From Octopus vulgaris (taxonomy: Eukaryota): a DNA stretch of 64,000 nucleotides. The notes beneath the pieces were generated by a model. It ran no database searches. It was not told where the DNA came from and saw only the letters and a list, made by a program, of their open reading frames with translations. Position 1 is the stretch's first letter. Every line of letters starts with the position of its first letter. Below are positions 51,012-64,000 of this stretch, in pieces. The stretch spans positions 6,882,001 to 6,946,000 of the forward strand of contig OX597824.1 of the NCBI GenBank assembly GCA_951406725.2, in the 5' to 3' direction. Position numbers and translations under genes: made by a program.

Positions 51012-51752
51012 TCAAAGGACAGAGCTCCAGCTTGGCCACAGACAAATGATCAAAACCAGTGAAAGAGCAAAAATAAAAACTCACTTAACTCCATACTCTC
51101 CAGACTCTCCACTGATGACTTGGCCATTAACGCTGTCACGCTTTAAACATTTAACTCGCCTCCAGTTTTACACCGAATTAAGAATCTCTTTTCTTTCGGT
51201 CTTTTTTTTGTCTTTCTTTTCTTTTCTTTTCTTGTTATTCGTACAGCAGTCAGCTTTTACAGCCATCGTTTCCCCCCCCCCCCCCCCGACATTTCCAAAT
51301 TGTCTGGCTTCCCAATTCACGGTAATTTCATTTATATTCTTAACTAATGAACGATAAGAACGTTACAACTTCCTGATAACTCTAAGACTTCATAAGTAAA
51401 ACCAAGCAAACAAAAGAAAAAGGTAAAAAAAAAAAAACAGAAAAAAAAAGAAGAAAAGAAATGCATAAATAATGAACGCATCTCATTGTTAGTAATAGCA
51501 GTAGTATTAGTAGTATTAGTAGTAGTAGTAGTAGTAGCAGCAGCAAGGACACATGCTGTTCTTGTTAGTGTTACATATCTTCGTAAAGCTGTAAACAGTT
51601 ATTAATTGGAAGACTGAAATGGACACTTTGACTAGGCGCGGTTGTGTGGTTAAGCAGTTGGTAGTGGGAACCCCATGGCTGAGGGTTCAATTCAGCTACG
51701 TGGCACTTTCTGCTTATAAATGATTATAATTGATTTTTGATTGTGGAACCTG

Positions 51753-51792
<40 letters not shown>

Positions 51793-52265
51793 GCACAGTA
51801 TGGTCAAGCAGTAAAGAATTTTTCTCTGTAACCACAAGGTCCCAGGTTTGATCGTACTGTGTGACATCTTGACCAAGTGCCATTTTCTACAGCCTCGGGT
51901 CACTCTTTATTCTGTGTGCGAAATCAGACAGGCAGAAACTGTACGGAATCCTAGCAGATGGATTGAATCTGTAATTAAAAGGTCCACATTCGTCAAACTA
52001 TGTCACATCGATTCCACATGTCAGAGGAATACTCAACCCCTTATAATACAGTAAAGTTAGTAGTCCAGTTGATGGAACAACTAAATACTTGCCGCACTGA
52101 GAAAAAGTCTCTAAATACAGTGTAAAATTCCTTGTGTGTAAAATTATGTAGTTACTGGAAGGCCAGGATCCGGTACACAGCACAGACTGTCCATACTAAA
52201 TCTCTCTGCAAGGGGTTAACAAAAAAATCCATCTTCTGAAGTCAACAAAATTCCTAAACAAAGGT

Positions 52266-52321
52266 TACTACTACTACTACTACTACCACTACAACCACTA
52301 CTACCAACAGCACCACCACCG

Positions 52322-52371
<50 letters not shown>

Positions 52372-52419
52372 GCTACCACCACCACAACCACTACTACCAA
52401 TAGCAGCAGCAGCACCATC

Positions 52420-52457
<38 letters not shown>

Positions 52458-52500
52458 CAACACAACCACTACTACCAATAGCAGCAGCAGCAGCACCACC

Positions 52501-52541
<41 letters not shown>

Positions 52542-52601
52542 CACTACTGCTACTACCACCACAACCACTACTACCAATAGTAGCAGCAGCAGCACCACCA
52601 T

Positions 52602-52650
<49 letters not shown>

Positions 52651-52798
52651 GCTACTACCAACACAACCACTACTACCAATAGCAGCAGCACCACCACCGC
52701 TACTACTACTACTACTACTACTGCTGCTTCTGCCACCACCCTCACCACTACCACCACCACCACCCTTATTACTACTTCTGCTACTACTACCACTACTA
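52266..52798 (+). repeat. Compound (ACT/ACC/AGC)n triplet array with higher-order repeat
   Basis: Anchor ACAACCACTACTACCAA at 52291, 52384, 52462, 52561 and 52663. Confidence 0.95.
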
Positions 52799-53154
52799 GA
52801 TAAGAGGCTCGTGAAAACTGATAATGGTCCAGGACCAAATAGCTGCTGGGATTTAAATTAAATCAGGAGACGCTGTCATGACCAATCAATGGTACGTGGC
52901 GGGGAAACATCAAAGCGAGTGGCTCAGTAGAAATGCAGCCGGATAATTTGTAGAATGCCAGACTGAAGAGTGAAGAAATTACTAAATTGGATGCAAATAA
53001 AAGAATGGAACTGAGAAATGGAATAAGAAGCAACTGAAAGCTAAACTATTTACAAGAATTTTGAAGAATATTCAACTGAGAGACAATTATGTTTTAGAGC
53101 GAGTGTCTATGTCTGTAGATTTACATGTCGAGGCCAAAATGTAACCAGATTATT

Positions 53155-53430
53155 ACCTGTTTCTTTACTGCCCACAGGGGGCTAAACACAGAGAGGACAA
53201 ACAAGGACAGACAAATGGATTAAGTCGATTATATTGACCCCCCCAGTACGTAACTGGTACTTATTTAATCGACCCCGAAAGGATGAAAGGCAAAGTTGAC
53301 CTCGGCGGAATTTGAACTCAGAACATAACGACAGACGAAACACCTATTTCTTTACTACCCACTAGGGCTAAACACAGAGGGGACAAACATGGACAGACAA
53401 ATGGATTCAGTCAATTATATCGACCCCAGT
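53155..53430 (-). mobile_element. SINE family B, 1.5 units
   Basis: Junction GAAACACCTATTTC at ~53337. Confidence 0.9.
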
Positions 53431-53434
53431 TTAG

Positions 53435-53697
53435 CTAATGACCTTTTGGCAAAGTACTAGATGACTCTCAGCCTGCTGTCATCCAATTCTCTAGATTTGA
53501 CCCCAGTGGATATTTTTCCAGATCCCAAAGGGAAAACCCATTCTCACAGGTGGCCTGTTTCAAATGATTGAAGAAATCACAAAAAAATTCTCTTTGAGAA
53601 CTACACACTACCCTCTGAAAATACATTCCAGGAAACTCTGAGAGTGGTTCACCAACAACAGTAGAGAGAAGAGAATTGTTTTGTTGGAGACAATTAT
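53435..53697 (+). mobile_element. mariner transposase C-terminal remnant
   Basis: NSLDLTPVDIF (cf. YSPDLAPxDF), LTGGLFQMIEEI (LKGRRFQTIEEI), NSL*EL...ENTFQE...FVGD; frameshifted. Confidence 0.7.
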
Positions 53698-54503
53698 GAT
53701 AAGTGGGGTCTTTTACCCACTGATGTAATCAGCCAGCCAGGGAATCAAATCATTGACATTTATAACCCAAAAATATTTTAAAATTGAACAGTGCACAATA
53801 TAAAGCACGTGCACAATACAAAGCACCATTCAAAGGAAATCTAGCTGCTCTTTCTAGCAAGTAGAGTTGGTCCAATAAAAGTGCCTCTATGTAGTCACTG
53901 GTCTCATTAGAAATATCAGCCAAATTACTTTCAAATCAAATTATTGCCATCTTCAAAAACAGACACGCTGGGTAATATGGTCTTCAGGACCCTTCATAAA
54001 ACAGCCAAATGGTCACTTCTAGAATGCACTAGGTTGGCGGTCAGCTAATTCAAATCAAGCCTCAAGCTAAAGAAGAACAATAACTACAACAACAACAACT
54101 ACGACGGCCACATAGATGCTCTGTTTCTTTATTAGCTTGTTTCATACAGTGGAATGGAAGTGGTTAAGCAAACCAGATTAGAGTTACAGCTTTTAACGAG
54201 CCTCGACTAATTACGTAATGCAAAAACCAAAGAGAAGACTCCAATTCCTGGCAATAGGTTAAGAAATCCAGCCTAATTAGTGTCCGACAATCAATCAAAC
54301 AACAGAATGAAATTAATAAATTAGCTTTTCATCACAAATGTAAATCTGTATTAAGATTACAACATCCCATAGGAACATTCGTCTTAAACGTAAACGGCTT
54401 TGAATGAAGTGAACTGACTTCTATCAATGGTTTCATGCATTGAGAAATGATACTTGACATAGGTAAAGCTAATGGCTTTCTGTTCCTCTCTCTTTCCCTG
54501 TGG

Positions 54504-54524
<21 letters not shown>

Positions 54525-54545
<21 letters not shown>

Positions 54546-54880
54546 GTAGATACATACACACAGACACATACACAGATACACACACAGATACACACACACT
54601 CACACAGATACACACACACATACACACACGCACAGATCCACACACACACACACAGATACACACACACAAACACACAGATACACACACACACAGATACACA
54701 CACACACACAGATACACACACAGATACACAGACACACACACATATATACACACACACACACAGATGCACACACACACACACACACATAGATACACACACA
54801 AATACACACACACATATACACACATACACAGATACACACACACACACAGATGCACACACACAAATACACACACACATATA
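54525..54880. repeat. Interrupted (CA)n array with recurrent CAGATA
   Basis: Seen directly. Confidence 0.95.
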
Positions 54881-55224
54881 TGTACATAGGTTAAGAAGTT
54901 GGCTCTGGGGTGTTGGAGTTCCAACAACAGAATTCTTTGTTGAGAGCCAACTGAACTTTTACAGTAGGCTACCCCCAGCAACCGTTGCCAAACCAAAATA
55001 TATTCTACCTTGGTTCATCTTGATAAAAAAAATAAAAAAGATAGGAGAAACAACATTCGCATTTGCAAATAATATGTGGCTGCCAGTTTAATTGCAGCTG
55101 TGACCAACAGCTTTAATGCACACACACACACACACACACGTGTGCATGTGTCTGTGCATCTGCAGCGAATGTTTATTGACCTTATTGTATGTGTTTATAT
55201 CCATATTTATATATCTATCAAGCT

Positions 55225-55271
<47 letters not shown>

Positions 55272-55276
55272 CATAC

Positions 55277-55307
<31 letters not shown>

Positions 55308-55379
55308 CCGGAGTAAACACTTAAATGTGAAACAAGGTGGAAAAAAGAGTACTCAAATACCAGTGGTAGAGTAATATGC

Positions 55380-55643
<264 letters not shown>

Positions 55644-55806
55644 ATATATTTATATTTATATATATTCATATATATATATATATATAAATACATACACACA
55701 CATATATATTTATATTTATATATATTCATATATATATATATACACACACACACACATATATATTTATATATATTCATATATATATATACACACATATATA
55801 TATATT

Positions 55807-55850
<44 letters not shown>

Positions 55851-55862
55851 TATATCTATATG

Positions 55863-55894
<32 letters not shown>

Positions 55895-56385
55895 TATATA
55901 TATATGTGTGTGTATGTATGTATATATGTATATATGTAAATTTTTCTAATATTAATAGTGACTATTTACTTCAAAGTTCTGACATAAAAACTAACTCCTC
56001 AAAACAGTCTGCTACGAGAAGACAGTTTTAGCAGAACATTGCAAAGTAAACAGTTGCTATGAATATTGAATATTATTTCAACTTTTTTGAAATAGTCTTT
56101 GAGTCATTTCATTCAACGTCTGTTTAGTGTCTCAACTGCATAAGCCTATTAGGCAAGTGTTTATAATATATATGGTTAAGAAGCTTGCTAGGTATAGGCA
56201 TGGCTGTATGGTTAAGGAAACCACTTCCCAACAACGTGGTCTTGGGTTCAGTCCCACAGCACCAGACACATCACAAGCACCTTCTGCTATAGCCCCAGGA
56301 CAATTAAAGCCCTGTTAATGGATTTGTAGTTGGAAACTGAAATGAGGCGATTATGTGCACACACTCATGTGTGTGTGTGTGTGCG

Positions 56386-56417
<32 letters not shown>

Positions 56418-56712
56418 TGTGTGTGTGTGAGTGTGTGTGTATGTGTGTGCGAGTGTGTGTGTGTGAGCGTGTGTGTGAGTGTGTGTGTATACTCTTGTCT
56501 CGACATCATTGGATGATAGTAAATGAACGCAGCCCTCATGCAAGAAATACTGTTTGTTTCCAGTCTTCAGTGAAAAACAAATATATTCTGCCTCGTAAAC
56601 ACATTACCTTTCTTGGAAAGAGGCATGGGTTAGCATCCGACCACAGAAAATCTCCCTCAATAAATTCTGTCCAGCCCATGCAAGTAATAGAAGTTAGATA
56701 TATGATGATGTG

Positions 56713-56970
56713 TGTTGCCAGTGCCGCTGGACTGGCTCCTGTGCAAGTGGCACATAAAAAGCACCATTTGACCGTGGCCGATGCCAGTACCACCTGACTG
56801 GCCCTCATGCCGGTGGCACGTAGAAGCACCCACTACATTCTCAGAGTGGTTGGCATTAGGAAGGGCATCCAGGTGTAGAAACTTTGCCAGATCAGATTGG
56901 AGAATGATGCAGCCCTCAGTCAACCCATGCCAGCATGGAAAGCAGACATTACACGATGATGATGATGATG

Positions 56971-56971
<1 letters not shown>
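56713..56971 (+). mobile_element. SINE-like family C
   Basis: Homology and (ATG)n tail. Confidence 0.85.
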
Positions 56972-57001
<30 letters not shown>

Positions 57002-57128
57002 GTAACCTTACCTTATCGCAGTTCACCTATCACAGTTTATTATTTAAACTTATGTTTAAGGGAGCAGGCTGTGACAAAGTATAGAAAACTGCGTTCGCTA
57101 CAGACTGTGCAACTCATACATATAAATG

Positions 57129-57185
<57 letters not shown>

Positions 57186-58141
57186 AGAGTTGTAGAACTG
57201 TTTGATTTTTTTTTTCACCTTTTTATACCCGTTTTCTATATAAAATACTATGATTAGCCATCATTTTTGATGGCATGGGGGGGGTCAGCTAGTACATTCA
57301 TAAACTACATTGTGCAATAATTTGTAACATGAAAACCTACACACACTATATATACACATTTACAACATAAACATATATATTTACAACTGAATCCAAATGG
57401 ACAGCCAGCTTCCCCCACACTTTCTTCATTAATGAATTATATTATTCAATTATTAATTCAGAGAAATTTAAGACAATTATAAAAAGATTGCATAATTTCT
57501 GTTTTTTTACCAAATGAAAAACCAAATAAAAACCAAAAAAATACTGGCACTATAGCCGCGGCACATCAATGGAAATGGAAAAAAAAAACCCCAAAAAACA
57601 ACAAAGAAGTTCTGAATTCATATTAGATGTGAAGATTATTGATTATTGATTATCCTAATATAATTTCTAATTTGAATGTTTATGTTGTAATCTTACCTGA
57701 TGACTCTGAGGAAATACCTGTTGACATTGCTGTCCTTGGTGGATATCATAAATGACTAATTACAATGCACCGCAGTAAACTTCTGCTGTGTTTGTACAGT
57801 GGCCAACATCTGATATCGAATACGGTCGATGCAGCTGTTATCAGCGAGTGTCCTTAAAAGCTAGTAATTACAGAGTCAAATGTAAATTAGTGCTTCTAAA
57901 CACCAATATTCCAGATTTGGTTAATTTCCCTCTATAACTGTATATAAGGGGATTTTTCGTTGTGCTTATTGTCCTGTATCTCCTTTTTTGCTTGTCTTGT
58001 TCCTTGGTTTGTGTCTATGTTTTTCGTCTCTCTATGTGTTCGACGTCCTTTTGGTGTCCTGTACACATATATGCGTGTATATGTACATGTAGAGGTAGGT
58101 ACGTACATATATGTTTATATATATGCATATATTTTATTAAC

Positions 58142-58174
<33 letters not shown>

Positions 58175-58206
58175 TATATATACAGCTATATGGATATTAT
58201 ATATGT

Positions 58207-58564
58207 GTGTGTGGTAAGAAGCTTGCTTCCCAACCACTTGGTTATGGGTTGAGTTCCACTGCTTGGCACCTTTGGCAAATGCCTTCTACTGTAGCTTTGG
58301 GTTGAACAAAGTCTTGTGAGTGGATTTGTTAGGCGGAAACTGAAAGAAGCCCGTCGTATATATATGTTTGTGCATCTGTTGTCCTCCACCACCGCTTCAC
58401 AACCGATGTTGGTGTGTTTACACTCCCCTGTAACTAGCAGTTCGGCAAAAGAAACTGATAGAATAAGTACTAGGCTTACAAAGAATAAGTCCAGGAGTCA
58501 ATTTATTCAACTAAAGGTGATGCTTCAGCATGGCCACAGTCAAATAACTGAAACCAATAAGAGA
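58207..58564 (+). mobile_element. SINE family A
   Basis: Homology to 6883-7293. Confidence 0.85.
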
Positions 58565-58682
58565 ATATATATATATATTATATAGAGGGCACTATTACAC
58601 ATAGATGCGTCACACTAGGTGGGACTCTTAAAATCAAAGCTACTAAAATAGATAAACACATTGTACCGAAACAATTCTAGAA

Positions 58683-58737
58683 GCACACAGTGATTTCGTA
58701 ATTGGTGCAGTTTTACGCACTTTTTACTCTTCAGTGC
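58683..58737 (-). ncRNA. Degenerate hammerhead-like motif of another family
   Basis: GCA-CTGAAGA-GTAA.AAA.GTGC..GCAC.CAA.TTAC-GAAA-TCACTGT-G-TGC; G at position 17 suggests it is inactive. Confidence 0.45.
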
Positions 58738-59514
58738 AAAGTACTTGATAAATTCTTATGAAAAGTTTATCCTATTTTTAAATTATATATTTCTCCTACG
58801 GCACTCCGTTGGTTATGATGACAGTTGATCTGGTCAACGGAACAGCCAATTTGTGTGAGACCGGTATCTGCCATGACTGCAATTTTTCTCGGTTTGGTGG
58901 GGCTTCTTCTCAAGCATGACACAATGCCTTGCTCATTGCCTCTGTGAAGGCCTAACACTTGAAAGGAACTCAGCCACTTTGCCTCCGTGAGGCCCAATGC
59001 TCAAATGGAAGAGATCCTGTTTCATAATTTTTTCATTGATTCAAGCATTTTCTTACATAACTTTCTCTGTATCGTATAAAGCACCGGTCAAATATTTATT
59101 GAACAATTTGTATTACTAACAGATAATGACCGACAGAACATGGTAATGGGTCTGGTATCCTTTCATTTGCCAAGAACGGCCTGATTAGTTTGGAAATAAA
59201 ATGTATGACGGACGCCACGATTAAGCAAACATGCCAAGAATTTGATTGAAAATAACGAAGGAGTTACAAACTCTCTTTAATAGTTAAAGCAATATTCTTG
59301 ACATGTTAATTCAGCAAATTAGATAACGAGATGGATAATCAGCAAGGCTTAGGAATCTGCTCCGCTTATGAAGGTCTGTGTTACTGTGCCCAAGAGAACG
59401 AAGATGCTCGTTAACAATAACCTCGTACAAGACCTTAATATCTTTCTGGTCAAACAGCAGGAAAAGATTCTGCAAAACTAGATCCCATGGTACCTGGGGA
59501 ATGTCAGATAATCA

Positions 59515-59590
59515 TTGAAAGAAATTCTGCTGTCCCTTGATATCTGCAAAGCTTTTGAATATGTCTACAATGGGAACCTTTATCAATTAT
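59515..59590 (+). mobile_element. Ancient LINE RT remnant
   Basis: LSLDICKAFEYV resembles the LINE RT motif LDISKAFDRV; only a short match. Confidence 0.4.
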
Positions 59591-60677
59591 TAATATGCAT
59601 CTATTATCTAAATCTAATCACAGATATTCTAAAATTGGTTCAGGATAGTACCCTCCTTTTTTGGGGGGTCTTTTTTTTGGTTTTTGTTTGGTTTTTCTGT
59701 ATATAGAAATAGAAAACTAATGCATAGAAGTGCTTTTTTTTCCTTCCTTATTCAGTTTTATTGTATTGGTGCAACGATATTGTTGGTGCATGAAGATAAG
59801 CCTTTCACAAACAGTTGTATTGCACCAAATGGAAATGATGTTTTATTTCATTTTATTTCTTCTTCTTTTTTTTTTTTTTTTACAAACTAGAGAGTAGATA
59901 TCCAAAGCAATTTAATTCTTCAAACTTCCAAACTTTCACATATTCCTAGAAATTGCAAATGCTCCTTTTGAATTTACAAACTTCCCAGTCGATAACTTCC
60001 TAATCCACCTAAAAACTTTCCAAACAACTTACTCAATTATTGACATTCTTGAACTAAAATAAAAATTCTGACATTCTCCTTTATTCCCTCTCAATAGCAC
60101 AATGAATGCACACAAGTACATACACATTCATAAATACATACATATGTATGAGTGTGTATGTATATGAATGAATGCCTACACACACAGACGTGTGTGTGTC
60201 TTCAAATCTTATACAAGCAAGCAAAAAAAATATTTTTTTTTTTAAATATAAAAGGCAGTTTCTTCAATCAATGATTTCAGCAGCCATTCAATCAGAGGCT
60301 GCTTCTTGAAGCCTTCATATCTTGCTGAAGTCTTAATGCAAAATGTGATGACAATAATTCAATTCAGAGATCACGAAGAAGAGTGAGTGTGTGTCAGCTG
60401 TACAGGCTGAATGGATGACAGGCAAGAACTTGTCATCGGAACTGTATTGCATACAGGACGGAACAATATCCATACCCTTGCTGGTTTGTTCCATTAGCAA
60501 TGATATGATTAATGCTGGCTTCATCTGCACAGAGAGTTAAGTTCAACTCCTGTAAGGGACATTTGAAAAAGAAGACAAAAAAAGACAAAGTTGAAAAGGA
60601 AACCACTGACGGGGTCTCTAGATAGATAATAATTATAAACTGTACCCAGCAGTTGTGTGACTAAGCTGCGACAGGAA

Positions 60678-60731
<54 letters not shown>

Positions 60732-60764
60732 GGTTGTTAACAATAATAATAATGGTTTCAAATT

Positions 60765-61213
60765 TTGGCATAAAAGGCCAACAAGTTTGGTGGTGGTGGT
60801 GGTGGTGGTGGTGGTGGTTGTGGGGAAATAAGTTGATTACATCAACCCCAGTGTGCAACTGGTACTCATTTTATCAACCTCGAGAAGATGAATGGCAAAG
60901 CCGACCTCAGCGGAATTTCCAAACTCAGATTCTAAGCATTTTCCTTGGCATGTTAATGATTCTGCCAGCTCACCATCTTTATAATAATAATAATTATGAT
61001 GATGATAATAATGATAATGATTTCAAATTTTGCCACAAGGCCAGCTTGGAGGACAGGTTAAGTCGATTACATCAACCCCAGTGTTTCACTGGTATTTATT
61101 TCATCGACCCTGAAAGGATGAAAAGCAAAGCTGACCTTGAGAGAATCTGAATCCAGAGTATAAAGGTGGGCAAAATGCTTGACAGCATTTTGCTCAGCAT
61201 GCTGGCAATTCTG
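60765..61213 (-). mobile_element. Two old-subfamily B SINEs in tandem
   Basis: GATTACATCAACCCCAGTG...GAAAGGATGAAAAGCAAAG; old-type GGCCTTGTG/GGCCTTTTATGCC tails. Confidence 0.7.
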
Positions 61214-61909
61214 ATAATAACAACATCGACCACTGAGATGCAAATAAATGATTTGTTGACATAACTAAAAATATGTTTACGTCTTCACGGTGGTTAAATT
61301 AAACACTCACTGACAGCCATATATAAAAAAAAAACAAAACAAAAAAAATGTAAATAGAATAAAGATTAACAATAAGGAAATAATTTCATTAGGTGGAATA
61401 AATTTTATCCAATAAATGTAATTAGTGTAAATACAAAACATGCTGAAACAAATTCTGAGATATGACAGTGGTTGAAGAAAGAAATAAAAAATCTTTTAAA
61501 TAAAGAAAAAAAAAACATAAAATAGTGTTGAAGATTATGAGTTGCCTCATAATTTTTTTATTATCAGAAAGAGAAAAGGTAAAAATTTGAAAGAATGAAA
61601 AATGAAAGGAAATAAAACTTAATGTCAAAATGTTAGGTGTGAGGATATTTTGAGAGTTAGAACGGAGATTTGAGTTTAATTTGATAGATCAGAAGGTTGC
61701 GTTTTCAAATCACGTCGGGGGTCACCAAGGTGTTGATGTGGCTGTGTGTATGTTATAACAAGAGTTCATAAAGAGATGAAAGAATAAATTCAAGAACTAT
61801 ATATTTACTACATAAATGGCACATTGTGCATTCTACAATAGTTGCAGGAACCAAAGCCTTGTGAGTCAATTCTACAGACTTCAACTGAAAGGAGCATACT
61901 CTGTGTGTG

Positions 61910-61943
<34 letters not shown>

Positions 61944-61969
61944 AAATCAAGGTGCCAACTCCCATGGAG

Positions 61970-62020
<51 letters not shown>

Positions 62021-62107
62021 GACAGACAGATAGATAGATGTACTATTTAAGAATCCAAAGATTAGAAAAGAATGCACTTGTATATTTGTCAGGAGATTGA
62101 GTATATT

Positions 62108-62380
62108 ACTTAAAGTGTACAGTATTATATATCTGTTACGGCCGAACCTACCAATCAGTTTCACACTAGGGGTTCATCATCTTTTTCACAGAAACCATAC
62201 ACCGGATATGTCGGTTCACCTCCAACAATATAGAACAGTCACCATATTTCATTTCATGCCATCTCTGAAGAGTACAGGGTTGCATAATTAGACTGTTACC
62301 TAACACCCCATTGAACCCCTAGTGTGAAACCAATGGATAAGATCAGCTGTAATGGATATACATACTCTACACTTTGATTA
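62108..62380. repeat. Diverged ~70 bp inverted repeat with a perfect 19 bp core and hammerhead-like remnants
   Basis: GTTTCACACTAGGGGTTCA 62158-62176 / TGAACCCCTAGTGTGAAAC 62312-62330; outer flanks are also homologous. Confidence 0.75.
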
Positions 62381-62604
62381 ATATATATATATATATAGGC
62401 ATATATAGGGAAGGGGGCACATGGTATGATAGTTGAAATTGAATGTCTTCATCGTGTAGATGATGGTGTTCCTTCCCAATCTTCTGTGAAAATATGTGAG
62501 GCCATGGAGAAATGATCCCTTATTTAGAAACATTTGAAGTCTAGCAACAAGACTAGCATCTGGTTGTAGAATATCGCCCTCAATGAATCCTGTCAGACTC
62601 ATAG

Positions 62605-62908
62605 TGGAGGCACATGGCCTAGTGGTTAGAACAGCAGACTTACAGTCGGGGGATCGCAGGTTCAAATCGCAGACCGGGTGATGTGTGTGTTTATCAGCGA
62701 AACACCTAAGCTCCATGCGACTCCGGCAGAAGGTAATGGCGAACTTCTGCTGACTCTTTCACCACAACTTTCTCTCACTCTTTCCTCCTGCATCTTGCAG
62801 CTCACCTGTGACGGACCGGCGTCCCATCCTGGTGGGGAACCTATATGCCAAGGAAACCAGGAAACTGGCCCTTATGAGCCAGGCATGACTCGAGAAGGAA
62901 CAAACAAA
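62605..62908 (+). mobile_element. tRNA-derived SINE family D, full length, with TSD
   Basis: A box TGGCCTAGTGG, B box GGTTCAAATC, V-domain-like CCTGTGACGGACCGGCGTCCCATCC; CTGTCAGACT at both 62590 and 62909. Confidence 0.88.
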
Positions 62909-63629
62909 CTGTCAGACTAATGTAAGCACGGAAATGAGGGCGTGAACACAACAACGGCGATGATGATGAAAGAAGAAAATAAACCAATGCATAGCCTTAC
63001 TAACCAAAGAACATTGATTAACCTCTGCTCATTATAGGTTTTCTGGAATCTTCATTTTAACAGTTAATACTTTAAGATCTGAGAAGTAGAATGTTAAGGC
63101 TGTCTTAGGAAAAAAAAAAAAAAAAGAAAAACAGCACAAACGCCAATACAATGTTGGCAATTGTACAAGTAGGTTTAAGAGTCACTTGCAGCCTGTGAGC
63201 TGCAATATGGCCACTGTTATAATACAACAATTAAATTACTGTATCTAATTAGCAGAACAAATTATGATATGGTAAAAGTGACATTTAGATTCCAACGCAA
63301 TGCTTTAGAAAAGGGTTTTCTGAGTGTAAGAACTAAAAAGAAAAAAAAATACCAGAACATATAATTTGAAATTATAATTCATCTTGGATAGAACATTGTC
63401 TTAGATTAATAATCAATTTGTAAGATAATAATTACTTGAACTAGTAATTGAGAGGGAATGATTCTCAAAAATATCTAAGAACGTATGTATGACATTAATT
63501 AGCGTGTTTGAGATAATAGGCGTAATATGTGTGTGTGTGTGAGTGAAAGAGAGGGCCTGTGTATGTGAAGGTTTAATACAAGTGAATAGAAGTATATTTT
63601 CATAGAAAGGCATGAATATACAAATCTGA

Positions 63630-63725
<96 letters not shown>

Positions 63726-64000
63726 GCGCGTGTGTGTTGTATTTACAAAACATCTTACATCCAACTAACATGGGATGAAAACTTCTTATGATAGCATGAA
63801 ATGTTATAACATTATCGCTAACTTCTAAGTAATGATTAGCAAAGGCAAAACCAGTTGTCAATGTAAATATTTCATTTCATAAAATACTAGATTTTGCCCA
63901 ACATAAGATTTCTCTCAGTTTTCCTTTTGTTTCTATATTTTTCAAAAACTACACACACACACATATACATATATGTATATATGTGTGTGTGTATGTGTAT

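Noticed and set aside
56998-57045. Possible Tigger/pogo TIR remnant (CAGTAACCTTACCTTATCGCAGTTCACCTATCACAG)
   Set aside because: No matching opposite TIR or transposase found; too degenerate to call
60333-60530. Minus-strand ORF or micro-exon after CTTAACTCTCTGTGCAG
   Set aside because: No homology recognised and no supporting neighbouring exons

Overview
AT-rich, microsatellite-saturated eukaryotic DNA. Its SINE, MITE and LINE repertoire matches what I recognise from octopus (coleoid cephalopod) genomes; that assignment is an inference. I find no intact host protein-coding gene, and almost all ORFs in the supplied track are microsatellite or SINE artefacts. The main non-repeat signal is a decayed, intron-containing + strand gene at about 2.85-6.07 kb. 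Its fragments align by eye, in order, with the nitric oxide synthase (NOS) oxygenase domain, including the heme-Cys motif RCLGRI and the substrate-Glu motif TEI. It is very divergent, has several loop insertions, and shows no reductase domain in the window. The rest is a transposon landscape: five SINE-like families (my labels A-E), piggyBac-type TTAA MITEs, Tc1 and mariner remnants, and RTE, R4/Dong-like and Penelope-like fragments. At least five sequence families carry minimal type I hammerhead-ribozyme motifs, one of them fused to a tRNA-derived head. SINE family B appears to insert into a fixed site within older copies of itself, and there are many tight inverted repeats that would form long dsRNA if transcribed. 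All alignments were done by eye; repeat boundaries are approximate to within about 10-20 nt.
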